Positions 37,106 to 50,726 of a stretch of 64,000 nucleotides of DNA are shown here, piece by piece; the first letter of the stretch is position 1, and each line of letters begins with the position of its first letter. Source of the stretch: Callorhinchus milii (taxonomy: Eukaryota); contig NW_024704742.1 of the NCBI RefSeq assembly GCF_018977255.1, positions 124,064,001 to 124,128,000 on the forward strand, written 5' to 3'. Position numbers and translations under genes: made by a program. The notes under the pieces were generated by a model. It was not told the origin of the DNA and did not search any database. It saw only the letters and a list, made by a program, of their open reading frames with translations.

Positions 37106-39194
37106 TGGACTGTGGACCATCTATTCAGTTTCCTGAGTTCTGCATAGATCTTCTTAGTTAAATGTTAAAAACGTGGAAAAGTACAACATTTATTTATCTT
37201 CAGATCTGGCAAGCTACCTTAAAGAGACAGCAAATCCCTTTTTCTATTTCCGCTAGCAACATAGATCATCCTTATTATTGTCAAATCATGGCTCAACCTG
37301 AAATGTAACCATTCTTTTTGAAGGAGCTTTAGGGCAACCCAGTTACATTGACCCAGTATTTCAGGCTCCATATTATAAGCAGACGCAAACGCTCACTCCA
37401 TATGCAAACCGTGGACTTCATTTGCGCAGTGACATCAGAGACACTTCCTGTGCATGCGCACTATGCGCAAGCATGCTGTTCTTTTACACACATCTGAACG
37501 CAACAAGTGACTTCTGAGTGACCTGATAACTCGGAAGTCAGACATTCTTCAGTGCAGAATGCTGGGTGTACTGAGCTTCCATTTTAAGTCCCGTCTCAAA
37601 TGCGCCTATGGCCATCTCCCTCTCCTTCCTGTACCTTGCTTGGTGTCCAACCTTGTCACTGTGAAGCTCTCTGAGACGTTACCTTATGTGAAGGGCGCTA
37701 TATCAGTGAAGTTGTTGTTCTGGTTGAAGGCAAAAATCTCTTCATGAGCTGATTATAAAGCATATATTTTCTTTCACACACCACAGGGTTAACTTTGTAT
37801 CTGACTGTTTTATGATGAGGTCTCACACAGTTGTATTTATATAGATCCCATTGAGTTGCCCTGTAATGGGCATCAAGTGCTCTTTCTAGCTGAATAAAAT
37901 TTATCCCAATACAGAGTTGAGGGTAGAGAGGTGGCTCATTTGCTGGTTGTTAATTTTAGATGTGCGTTGCCTAGTTCTGCACTTGCATTCCAATTCAAAA
38001 GCTAAATCATCTGACCCTCTTAACACTTCAAATACCTGACTCATATTCCCTCTCAACATTTCTAATCTCAGTGGAAACGAGTTCAGATCTGTGAATCGCT
38101 TCTCATAATTTAAGGCTGTAAATCCCCAAATAGAGTAGATTATAATACTTCTTACTTTAAAAATTTGAAGACGAAAAACTGAAGTATCCTTTAACGTGAA
38201 CAAGTAAGTCAGTAATCCACTTCTAAATTGTAGATTTTAAAAAGAGAAAAAAATCACAAATATTGTAATTTTCCCACCTTCTTAAAGTCTGCTATTTCAA
38301 CAAAACGATTAAGGAGCTATATATCAAATGCAAGGATTATTATTTCTTTCTTTAATTCTTTTCGTGTTTTTGGTGAACTATCTGACACGTTGATACCCAT
38401 CACCATGCTTAGGAGTATCCAAACCAAACTGATAGTTCCCACCTACACATGGAAATTCCAGAGGCGTTTATTGGAATGGAAATGTGCACCGAAGTTTAAA
38501 CTTCAATGGACTGTGTACAGGTAGAGGTGCTTAACATTCCTGCAACTTATCTTAGAATGTTATCAACTTATCTTCCCTTTTATAGATTTTATAACCTCTT
38601 ATTTTTAAAGTAATGAGATAGAAGAGCATAACAAATGACTGACAATAAAAGTGTCTGTGTATGTTTAAAAAAAGTAGGAAAGGAAGTATAGCTGGGCTGG
38701 CTGACCACATGCATGGTACAACTTTACAACTTTAACTTGTGGTTAATCAAATGAACAGAAAAGTGACTTTTAACTGCTGGTTGAAACGCAGCCCACACCA
38801 ATGAAATGAAATTTCCATTCTTTAATCAAAATTGAAATGTAAAAATTCAGTTTTCTGCTTATTACTGACTGTATCGTAGTGCAAGACTGATCCTTTAATG
38901 TTATTATTATAAAAACAAATTGTTCAAAGCTCTTGCACACAAGAACTTTTAATGTACTACAAGAAAGCGATTCACACCTTGTGCATTTATAAAGCATGGG
39001 TCCAAATTGCAAAGATCCTGAAGCCTGTTGCTGTCTCACACGTATGGCAGTGAAATACTCTCAAAATTATGACCAATAAGACTGTATAAACACAACTGTG
39101 AAACCTCATAATAAAACCGATCACAGTCAGATATAAAGTTGATCTGTGAAAACAGATGCTCTATAATCAGTTCAAGAAGATATTCTTGCCTACT

Positions 39195-40495
39195 TGGCAT
39201 GAAACTGACTACCTGCTCCCTCGACCCCATCCCTACCCCTCTCCTTACCTCCCAGCTCCACCTCCTTGCCCCTCTACTCACAGATATCATAAACCTCTTC
39301 CTGGACCCATGTCCACTGGCACTGTTCCCACCCCATTAAAAATGGCCGTCAACACTCCTATCCTCAAAAAACCCTCCCTGTGTTCTGTGTTCTCAAACTA
39401 CCGCCCCATCTCCAACCTCCCTTTCCAAGGTCCTGGAACAAGTTGTTGCTTCCCAGCTTTGCTCCTTCCTCTCCCTCCGCTCCCTTCACAAATCCCTCCA
39501 ATCGGGTTTCCGTGCCACCCACAGCACAGAAACAGCCCTGCTCAAAGTGACAAATGACATTCTGTCCATCTGCAACCCTCTGCCTCCTCATCCTCCTTGA
39601 CCTCTCTGCTGCCTTCGACACCGTTGACCAGTCTATCCTCATCCACCGCCTCTCTCACCTCAACCTTCATGGCTTTGTCCTTGATTGGTTCAGATTGTAC
39701 CTCTCACACCACCTCCACTTCATCTCCACAAACGGTTTCTCCTCTAGCCCCCGGACCGTCTCGTGCAGCGTTCCTCAGGGCTTCGTCCTTGGTCTCCTCC
39801 TCTTCAATATCTATATGCTCCCTTTTGGTGACATCATCCGGAGACATGGGGTCAACTTCCACATGTATGTGATTGACACCCAATTGTACCTCTCTGTCTC
39901 CATCCCTGACTCCAGGACCACTGCTGTCCTGACAGAATGTCTGTTAGAGCCAATATTCTTCAGTTGAATGTCAACAAGACCAAGGCTCTCTTGATTGGCT
40001 CCCATCAGCATCTCAACACCCCAGGCGCTGACAGCATCACCATTCATGGATACACACTCCACCTTGCTAAGCCAGTCCGGAACCATGGCGTCTTGCTTGA
40101 CCCTCAACTATCCTTGCCCTACCATCGGTGGCCAAGCTTTCAGCCTCTCTGCCACCACACTCTGGAACTCCATCCCACAGTCCCTTCACCTCGCTTCCTC
40201 CCTTGCCTCCTTCAAGGCCGGTCTCAAGACCCTCCTCTTGGATTGTGCCTTCAGTCGCCCTCCCACCTCTCTGCCTTCCCTCCCCCCTCCCCCACCCTTT
40301 CCCCATGCCTTGGGATGTCCTCCCGATGTGAAATGTAGTTTTGTTGTTGTTGTTCTACCCCACATCTGTGCCATGACCCCCTCCGCCTTCCCCCACTTCT
40401 GCAACATTGCCCGGCTCCACCACTGTCTCACACCGCAGGTTGCCGAAACCCTCATACGTACATTCATTACATCGAGGCTTGACTATGCAAAACTC
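39195..40495 (+). mobile_element. L2 LINE RT fragment with a nested L2 3' end (~40110-40353)
   Basis: TTCSLDPIPT, YRPISNL, DLSAAFDTVD, VPQG. The sequence resumes at 40355 after an internal (TGT)n tail. Confidence 0.88.
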
Positions 40496-41204
40496 CTGAG
40501 GTTCCATTAAAGGAGAGTGGAGAAAGCTCCACACTGCATCTGGAACTCGGCAAAGCCAGTCTGGCAGTGTCCAATGGGATAGTTGAGAGATGGCAACATT
40601 TGGCCTTCAGATGCAAGTTAACCTAATTGCAAGACCTGGGTTAGGAACGAATGGGTTGTAGAATTATTCAGAAGGATGTGTACTGATCTCCTGTTAATTC
40701 ATTAGATCCAAAAAAAACACTTTCAGTTGTAAAGTGTACAGCATTCTATATCATATACATTTTAAGTGCTTTGACTTTTTGCTAAGTTATTGGTATGACG
40801 TACCACATTTAAGAGAGATTTGAGACATATTTTATTTGGAACTCAATTAGGTAAGCTTTTTGGTTTCTCTTAAACCTTAGTGATTTATTCTGTAGCCAAC
40901 AAAGTCTTACAGACAAAGAAGGTCCCAAGATTGATCTTCCATCTGTGCTGAATTAGCATTTTTCAGTGTTAGGGAAGTGAAAATCAGCCAAGATTTCTAT
41001 TCCTAATTATTTTGCAGCAACTGAGGTACAAAAGGGTGAATGGTATTCATGTAACTGTATGCAAGTGGGGGGAAAAAGAGGGAAAAGATGTCTGCAGAAT
41101 ATTGTTCACATAAATGTACAATTTTACCTGCATTTTCTGGCATTGTGCGGTAAAGCTTAAATTAACATAGGATGTTTTATTTTAGTCTTTGTTTTCTACA
41201 ATAG

Positions 41205-43246
41205 GTGCTATCGTTACAGAAGGTGAAAGAACACAAATCGATAAATCCAAGCTGGATGCTTCAAACCTAATGGTCAAACTTCCAGTATCCCAGCGTTCAG
41301 CATATGAAGTATGGTATCAAGTGGCTTCCTTGCCTACCCACGGCGTGATTGTTGTTGGTGAGCGTAACATAACCAAGCAAAAACCCAATTTTTCTCAGTT
41401 TATTATTAATAAGTATGGAATCACCTATGTACATGACAATTCAGAGAGTCTTCGGGATAATTTTACCTTTGCTGCATGGTTGAACCTGAAGAGCAAACCA
41501 GCATTAAGGCCTCTGAATGATAGTGGAGTGGTCGAAGAGATGTTCAATATCACTATTATTCCCATCAATGACCAAGCTCCAGAACTGAAGACCAAAGCTC
41601 CTATATTGAGAGTAGTGCAGGGTTACAATGCACAATTCAGTACAGATATTATAAATGTGGTTGATTTAGATAACCCACCAGAAGAAATCAATTACACTAT
41701 TATCAGTGGTCCCAATAATGGCTTTGTGGCAATGGCAGAGAGCTTGAATGTGTCAATCAAGCACTTCACACAGGCCAATATCAACAATGGCAACATTTGG
41801 TTTGTTCAAGATGGGAGTTCGTCATCTGGTGTTTTCTATTTTAGTGTCACCGATGGCAAACACCGCCCTTTATATAAATTGTTTAATTTAGAAGTTATAC
41901 CTATCACAATCATGCTTGTAAATAACACTCATCTAGCAGTGCTTCAGGGGCAGAGCATCTTTACTGTCACCAACAAACACTTGGCTGCTGAAACAAATGG
42001 GAAAAGTACAGTGATAAGTTATCAAATTACAAGCCCTCCACAGTTTGGACATGTTTCAATTGGAAATAGAACTGTAACTCTGTTTGATCAGGAAGACCTT
42101 GTGCAAAGCCGCGTGGTTTATCATATGACAGACCTCTCCGTCTCGCAGGACAGTTTTGAGTTCACAGTGATGACCTCTGAAGGTAATGCGACAGCGCAGG
42201 TGGTTAACATCACAGTGAAACCTTTAATAAAAATGGCAGAAGACCTGAAGATTCCCACTAGGACCACTTTTCAGTTTGGAAGGGATGTGCTGGATGCAAG
42301 TGAATTGGCTAACCAGACTGGGAGTGTCCCCGTGTTTGAAGTGAAACAATTACCAACCTATGGTACATTTGTGAAATTAGCCCATGCCTTCCGAGGTCGG
42401 AGAGAGGCTGCAATAACTTTTACTCAGAAAGACATTGAACTAGGACTTGTACTGCTTGAGGTGAATGCCAATATGACTGGAATAGATGTACTGATCGACT
42501 CCTTCACCTTTGTTTTGACTGCAGATAGTGTGCAACCAGCTGAAGCTATGCTAGTTTACAGCATTGTTCCCTTTAATGCTTCTCTAGTGCAAAATATCAC
42601 AATACCTGAAAACCCACTAGTTTCCAGTTCAAATGCTACAAGTGAATTGCCTAAATCAGGAGAGTTACCTTTGGAGATCCAAACAGAGGTACCCACTCAA
42701 ACCACTGCTAAAATCAAGCCATGGTGGCAAAAGAAATCTCGCTGGGGAAGTGATAAAAGCAACACCTCCATTTCGGCTCCTGATATGACACTGGCAAGCA
42801 TTGTACAACAGACCATAATTGAACCACTCAATGGAAAGCCTGTAGCCCAACCAATTAAGAACTCTGACTCTCTTAGCATTATTCTACCCTTTGTTGTTGT
42901 GGCCTTTGTGCTCATTATTATCATTGGTGTCACACTTTTTGTGAAAAGACAGAAGAAAAAGCACAAACCTCTGATAAATAACTGTCCTAATAATGGCGCA
43001 TCAAGTGCTCCAAGTTTTCAGCCAACAGAAAGAAGCATGACTGTTCCAACAGTTACAGTTACCCGCCTTGATAAAGGCCCATCTAGTCCGTCACCAATGG
43101 AAAGACATACACAAATGTCGACGACAGCCTCTGAATCAAAGCAAACCTCAACTCTACTTTATAATTGTAACTCGATTGACCCTGACATGGTGCAGCACTG
43201 TCGCACGACCAATCCGACCTTGAGGCAAAATCAGTATTGGGTATAA
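41205..43246 (+). CDS. CSPG4: CSPG4-like terminal coding exon: CSPG repeats, Ser/Thr-rich stalk, TM helix (42878-42943), cytoplasmic tail with PDZ motif QYWV
   Basis: Acceptor ctacaatag|GT (phase 1). ORF runs to TAA at 43244-43246. TM IILPFVVVAFVLIIIIGVTLFV is followed by KRQKKK. Confidence 0.96.
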
Positions 43247-43599
43247 CAACAAGCCAATCTGCTTCATTTCTGCACTCATGCCAGGTTACGATACACAGAC
43301 AAACTGCTGACACAACCTCTTTTAGTGTTCATTTTCAGAGTAAAATTCAGAAACCGAAAAGAACATTACACAGCATTGTTTTGGGACAATTAAACTTGTT
43401 TATTATTTTACTAATTTTCATCAATGTCATCAAAAAAATGAATCGTCAAAGATTATTTAAAAAACACAAGGCCCTGGGTTTCTGAATTTGTGCATACAAG
43501 TCGACTATAATTGCCCTTATGCATTTGATAGAGAATCAAAATGTTCAAATTCTTCAATGCACTTTACAATAATTACAGTTAAGGGTAGTAACTGTACTT

Positions 43600-43912
43600 G
43601 TATGTGGATGCAGCAGCCAATTTTTGCACAGCAATATTCAACAAACACTCAGGAGGTCAGTGTCCAAGTTGCCTGGAAAAGTGTTGGCCAGGACAGCTGG
43701 AGAAACTTCCCCTCCTTTCAAATCGTCCCATGGGATCTTCAGAGTCAACTTCAACGATTAGACTGGACTCCAGTTTAACGTCACATTAAAGAAAGCAGAA
43801 AATGTTCTTTTGATGCATCTGCCCAGATAGTGAGATCAAAGTCCACAATGAGAGGCATGAACACACAACCTTCATCTAGAAGCCTAAGTGCTACCAACTG
43901 AGCCTCACTGAC
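43600..43912 (-). mobile_element. Degenerate DeuSINE in the presumptive 3' UTR
   Basis: GCAGCCAATTTT.GCACAGCAA...GTTGGCCAGGACA..GGAGAAACT...CCATGGGATCTT...GTGCTACCAACTGAGCC. Confidence 0.7.
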
Positions 43913-43944
43913 CAATTTCTCTCAACATGTTGCTATTGTTGCTT

Positions 43945-44830
43945 TTGTCTCACTTCACACCGAATGAAGCTGAAACTCTTATCCACACTTCTTTCACCTT
44001 CTGCCTCAATTTCTCCAATGCCCTCCTCACCCATCTCCTCAGCTCCACCATTTGTAAATTCCAATTGGTTCAAGATTCGTGCCAAACTCCATGCCCCCAT
44101 CACCCATATCCTTCCCAGGCTTCACTGGCTCCGTGTTGCAGAGCAGATAGATTTCAAGATCCTCACACTCACTTACAAATAGCTTCATGCCCCATCACCT
44201 CCCTACCTTTCTGATCTGATGATACCCCAATATTCCGCCCCCAACCCCGCTCCACAACCGTTCTCATGACGAACGCTATATAAATGCAAATTGTTTGATG
44301 TTGATGTCCCCACCACAAAGGAAAGATATGGGCCATTAATTTTGCTGATACAGTGCATTTTATACATCACCTATTTCACATAACACATTAATGTTACTTG
44401 GTTTCCATTGTGTTTCACTTAACTCTTGTAATAATAATGGCAATGAAATTAAGACTGGTGATATTACATCCCCTCCCATCTTGTGTCTTGCTTTTACATT
44501 ATGCTTTTAATATGCTAACTGTCTTCAGGGTATGATTGTGTTGTTTGGAGTAACTTAAACTTAAAACTTTTATTTAAATATTGAATGGTGTGTTTAATTA
44601 AAACATTTCCAGTATTAGTTATTCCAATGTAGACTGTAATGCAATACAATACATCCTCCTCCCTCGCCTCCTTCAAATTCTGCCTTTTTATCTGCACTTT
44701 CGGCCATCGCCCTCCCCACCCCAATCCCCTTCGCCCCCTGCCCCCATGCTCAGCTGCAAACTTTAGACTGTCCAGCATCTTGGAATGACCTCCTAATGTA
44801 AAAGGTGTTATATAAATGTAAACTTGTATT
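43945..44830 (+). mobile_element. Degenerate L2 3' fragments (43945-44285 and 44655-44830)
   Basis: EAETLIH, LHWL...[11 protein letters not shown], and tails. Confidence 0.7.
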
Positions 44831-47800
44831 GTAATATGCAGATGAAAGTTAATGAACTCTACCAAACCCATAATTCCAGCACTAAAATTTCTCTTTTATA
44901 TCCTATTTTTAAAAAGACAGTTGTCAGACCTACCTAATGTCATTTGGAAAGGTTTGTGTTGTCCTTGGTTGTTGCAGAATTAAAATGTTCTAAAAGACTT
45001 AGTCATAAGATGGAAAATTGCACCTTAGCAGCTGCATTTTTTTATGAAGCAAATGTTTCTCCAAGATGTTTTTAAACAAGGGCCAAAAATTGTTAACTAC
45101 AAAGTATTGCTGATGATCTCCTTGCTTACAATATAGTGACTAGGAATTTCCTGTTTAGACCATCATGATGATGGGGGAAATATTTTGCCACAACAAGACT
45201 AGAAAATACTGCCTTCAATATGTTATCAACATCCAAACATGTTTTTAACCATAATAAGTGTTCATGTCGTATAAACACATTAATCTCCAACTATTGTATT
45301 ACAGTCTTGTTCAAAGTAAACTACTCCGCATCTCGTTGTAAAATGAAACACAATACCGCTGCAGTTAAGATCACATAACTTAGTTACAAGAACCTGCCAG
45401 TAAGGATTTGCCTTGCTCCTAGCTCAGGGCTACAGACACACAGCAAATACAGATCCAGAAGTGGAAGGAAAGTTAGGAACTTTTATTAAGTATTTCTGTG
45501 AAAATTAAAAAACTTTTCTGAGATTATTGGAGAATAGCTTCATTGAAGAACTCAATGCAACAGTCTTACTTCCCGTACCACAGAATATTACAGCAAGGAA
45601 AGGGGTCATTCGGTACATTCAGATTACACCGGTGCTTATCTCCACATGAGCCACCTAATTTAATACCATCTCCTGTCCGTTCAACTTGCCTTTTGATATT
45701 CTTGCTTTTCAAATATCTCATTTGTTTTTTAAAGAATTTCTGGCCTTTGTTTGAACCACAATAACATTGCAGAGCTCCCCCCACCCATCTACCCCACCAC
45801 CTCTTTACATCAGTGGAACTGATGTACTGACAGACTGGGCTTTGACACAACTCATCAACCTATGCACATTTTTATCTTATGTTACCTCCCCTGTGAACAT
45901 GAAGCTCATCTTAGTTACAGGTACAGTAGGATATTTCAAACTTCCAAATTGTGGAACTATTTTTATAAGGTCTCTAAAATTGCATTCCATCGCTATTCAC
46001 TGAAATACCGAAAATATCCATTTGCTATATTCGTTTGCTACAGTTTGAGCTTTTAGAATTCCAGCCGAAACTATTGAAATTAACATTTAGTATAATTGTG
46101 AGTACTCTATAAGTTAAGAAAACATTTATTTTCAATAGTTATAACTTTGTAATCTATAATACCATATCTGAACTTGCCTGGAACTTTGCTGCCCCATTGT
46201 TAATCAGTTGCTAGAACAGAGCCTTGGGATGTCCTCCCAACGTGAAAGGCGCTTTACAAATGTAATTTTGTTGTTGTTGTTGTAGATTAAAGTAACTATT
46301 AAGCAATTGGTTAATTAGATAAATAAGTAGATCTGAGAGTCCCAGTGGTGGTACAGGTGATGATGGTTGCAGAAATGATTGAATGGGAAAGTTAATTAAT
46401 ATGCAAGTCAGTTTCACTGCTGAATTTTTACCTTGAATACCAAAGATTAGACAGTATTCTACTTAATACACAACCCTTTCGTCTCTGCTGTGGCTCAGAT
46501 TTGAATCCATGCCAGAACATTTCAGTTAATGTTTCTTTGTTTTTATAGCTGCTCGGATTCCAAATACAATACAAATTTACATTTATATAGAGCCTTTCGC
46601 GTTGAGAGGATGTCCCAAGTGAAATTAGAATAATGGTCCCAATTTGCTTCACAATGAACACAAATCCATAGCTCAAAATAACAGTTTATTTATCTTGTAC
46701 CTTTGCTACACAGAAAGGCGAGGTATACATTGCTAGACAGGCTTGGTGATTATTTGGTTTGAATACTGCGTGTTATAATAATAATCCTTGCATTTGATGT
46801 AGCACCTTAACACATCATTGAGACATCTCTAAGCGCTTCACATACTGTACAGTGAATTGATTGTATATTTTTTGGGACAAAATAGATCTTGTGTCTGTCA
46901 GAACTATTTTTAAAAGCAATATGATTTCTGACTTGCTCCATAATGGTGAATGTTGTTTGATGGTGATTTAATACAAACTGTTGTATGATTAAACACACTG
47001 CAGCCCCCTTTCATGATTGTAATAATGATAGCATCTGGTGCCCAGAGGAGCAGCGGTTGCAGTCTACATAACATCCAGATGGTATCAGAAACATAATGTG
47101 GAATATGAACTATTTCTTCTCCAAAGGTTTGGTTCTTTTGTACAGTTATCACAGGCTCAAAAGGAAAACTTCAACCCCGCAAATGCTAAAATTAACACGT
47201 CCTGTGATTGTAATTGCTGTAGATTCACTAAGTGTAGCATGTATAATTATGAAAATCAGTATTGTAAACTCCACTGGATTAATCCCACTTTATTATACAC
47301 CAAAATAATCCTTGATTTGATTTAATATCTTTCGCATTGGGAGTACATCTCAAAGGGCATCACAGGATTTATTGTAAAATGTAGTGATTGTGTATTTTGT
47401 GGGTGGGTTGATTACAGGACAGAAACAAAAGATTTTGTCCTTACTAGTGTCTGGGATTCCAGAATTGTAAATTACTTAAAACATTTGATAAAAGCATTGC
47501 CTAAACATTAATTTAACCCTGCACCATGTAAATGCCTTAAATGCAATATGCTTGAAAAATTATTCAAAAAAATATTTATTTATATTAATATTATATCATA
47601 CTCCTTGCATTTGATATAGCGCCTTATATCGTTGAGACATCTCCAAGGTCTTCAGAAAATATAATTTGAAGTGGATTGATTCTAAACACTAAAGGGTTTG
47701 TGTACACATGTAGACTAATGAAAGTGGTATTCAATGGCTTTCTAGTGCTTTAATACATTTGATGATTTAATAAACCTTCATTTGATATAGGGCTTTTTAC

Positions 47801-49516
47801 ATCTGGACAATGTCTCAAAGGGCTTCACAGGATATACTGTAAATTGTAGTGACTATTTTGTAGACAAATTATGATTTGGATCTCTGTTGTACACCAGAAT
47901 TCTACTAGAATTGTTAAACTAGGAACAAATAATTCAATTAGTTATCATGAGTCTCTATGTACACCCTACGTTTTCACATTAACTGAAGCCTCCAGTTAAA
48001 CTATTTACTATTTATCATGTAAACTGAAGTTTCTTCAGTGTTTTTTTCTTTGACATCATTAAAAAGTCCCTTTGTCGTTTTTATTCAGAATATTTGGTTG
48101 GAACAATTGTGCAGATATTGTTTAGACTACTTATAATTATACAGCTTAAATAAGTTTTTTTTTTAGCTGATACAGCAATTTTTGCCAGCACAGAGCTCAC
48201 AATGTTACCTTTTGTATGTTTTTAAATAAAAATGAATTGTGAAAAGAATCTGTGAAATTGACCTTTATCTTATAAAGGAGTGGGTGGAAGAGATGGGAGT
48301 GATAAGGGCGGTTACGATTTGAGCTACCATTGAATGAAGAAAAGGGACTTTTGTTTTGGTCAGACGGGTGTCTTGACACATCTTGATACATGCAGAAACC
48401 CATTGCTGTGCTTAAGCGTGTCAAATCTTGTCAGTGACTCAGTGATTAGAGGGCACCAATTTAAGATAGGTTATCAAATAATAATAATATAAAGGGAGGG
48501 AGAGAATGAGAGAACTTTTTTCACAGTTGTTCCGAAGTGGTGCAGTGGTCGAGGCAGGATCCATATTAGCTGCAGTCACTAGTATTAGAAGATCCTCCCC
48601 CTCCCCCATTGGAGCTATCTACTCATAATAGCTCTAATTTCAGTCTGGCAATTTTTACAACAAATTCTATTTACCAGAAATGTATGAATTGTCTTCAGTA
48701 GAAGATGCTCAATTATGCCATTTTTCACTGATCAACCCAACGACTCCCCAGGCACCTCCCGGAGTGAGACTAGTAATTTACTGCTGAATTATGGGCATTG
48801 TTTTCGTGTATAATTAGGAATTGGATCTTTCCAGCTGTCTGCAAGAAAACGATTTCAACCTGAGCTGGATTGAAATCCGGGGACCTATGGAAAAAAATGA
48901 TAACAATATTAATCCTTGCATTTGATATAGAGCGCATTATCACGTCGTTGAGACGTCTCAAGGCGCTTTGCAGAATATATTGTAAAGTGGTTTGACTGTA
49001 TTTTGTGGGTGAAACTCGGCTGCTAATTGCACACAGCAGTGTCCCACATCAGTTCTGGATTAAAGTGACCAATTTTACATTTCAAGTCTAAAAACTTTGA
49101 AAAGTATATAAACATACTTACACAAAGGATTTACCGAACGTATTCTCAACATGAGTAGTAGGAGAATAGTCTACGTGGGTGTTTTCCAATAAATTTGCCT
49201 CGAACTAGATCAACATCTATGTTCATATATATTTCACATATATTTGAACTTCCTGCTCTCTGTGATGACTGTGGTATCCACATAATGGCATCATTACAGA
49301 CAGCAGGAAATTCAAAAAGTAAACTAAAAAAAGCCTTCTGTGCCTCCATGTATCCATCAAGTCTCTGTCTGTTCCTGCTAGTCACTCACTGACAGGGACA
49401 GACAGATAAAAAAGAGGCAATTTTTCAAAATTATTTTTTGAATTAGCCGCTGTCTGTAATGATGATCAGGAATATGGCATCACCATAAACAAGTGGGAAA
49501 AGTCAGTGATTCAAAT

Positions 49517-49835
49517 ATAATAATAATAATAATAATCCTTGCATTTGATATAGCGCTTTTCACGTCGGGAGGACGTCCCAAAGCGCTTCACAGAACACAC
49601 TGTAAAGTGAATTGACTATATTTGTGGGCGAACGCAGCAGCCAATTGCGCACAGCAATGTCCCACAAACAGTCGTAGATTGAAAATGACCAATTTATTAT
49701 TGTTTTTTGTTTTGGAGGGATTATTATTAGGCGTGTGGAGTAAGGAAACTTGCTCAAGGTTTCGCCCTGCCTGGAATTGAACTCAGGTCTCTCGCTTGCA
49801 AAGCGAGTGCTCTAACCACTGAGCCACAGGACTCC
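49517..49835 (-). mobile_element. tRNA(Ala)-derived SINE, young subfamily
   Basis: Near-identical to 13815-14130. Confidence 0.92.
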
Positions 49836-50726
49836 ACAAATCTGTTAGGACTTTATTTCTGCTTCTATTAAAAAACAGCTTCAAATTAAAATAAATACTT
49901 TGGTGATGTGGGAGATGCCAGGCTTCTTTTGGTTCCCCTCCTCCACCAGATCCGCACCCCCATCACTGAGGCTGAGCTTATAACTGATCAAAGGAAAAAG
50001 AGACGAGTGGCTTATTGTCAGGTCAAGAGTCAGACAAGTTGAAATCGCTATTTGTCTGTTGCCTCGCGATTGGAAATGTCATGAGGGCCCAATAAGAGAT
50101 GCTATTTTGTGGTCAGACAGAAGTTCGTGGTTGAGGAAACTGGTAGCCTTTGTCATACAGTGTGAAAGCTGCAAGTAAGTGCTTCATTCAGGCAGCAGTA
50201 CACAGAGGAAAAATATTTTGCTCCAGAACAATGTATGAAATCCCACAACACACAAAGAAAAATCTAGCCCAATGTAAAATATAATACAACCACAACAAGA
50301 TTCCATTTATAGAACGCCTTTCACGTCGGGAGGACGTCCCAAGGAGCTGAAATAATAAGAACTATGAAAGAAAAACTAAGCATAAGAACTGGAAAATAAC
50401 AACCATGGGAAACATTTTTGTACGATCTAGTTTGCTCTGGCTTTATGGTAACTGTAAAGGTATCTGTGAAACTTCCTGTGGCAATTACTAGTCTGGAAAC
50501 AAACCTAAAGCCTTTGCCACAATTAGTCATATTTCATTCTTCACTATCACAAGATGACATGAGAAACCACATTCAAAGGAGTGCTTAAAGTCACACTAAT
50601 GTCTCACTGAAACAGTGGTAAATACTTAAGCTTCCGTTTCGTTTTGCACTAATAAAGACAGTGAAGTAAGTAACTGCTTGCTCCCTTTGTAGCCAATATT
50701 GAAGATATGATGTTAGCAATTGACAG

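Larger units (their letters stand above)
1..43246 (+). other. CSPG4: CSPG4-family gene locus (3' part, 8 coding exons; 5' end lies upstream of the window); likely CSPG4B-type paralog
   Basis: Eight exons join in frame via GT-AG introns: 5040 nt from position 2, giving 1679 aa plus TAA. Repeated CSPG motifs (FTQxDI...YxHDxSE...DxFxF), one TM helix, C-terminus RTTNPTLRQNQYWV. Confidence 0.93.
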
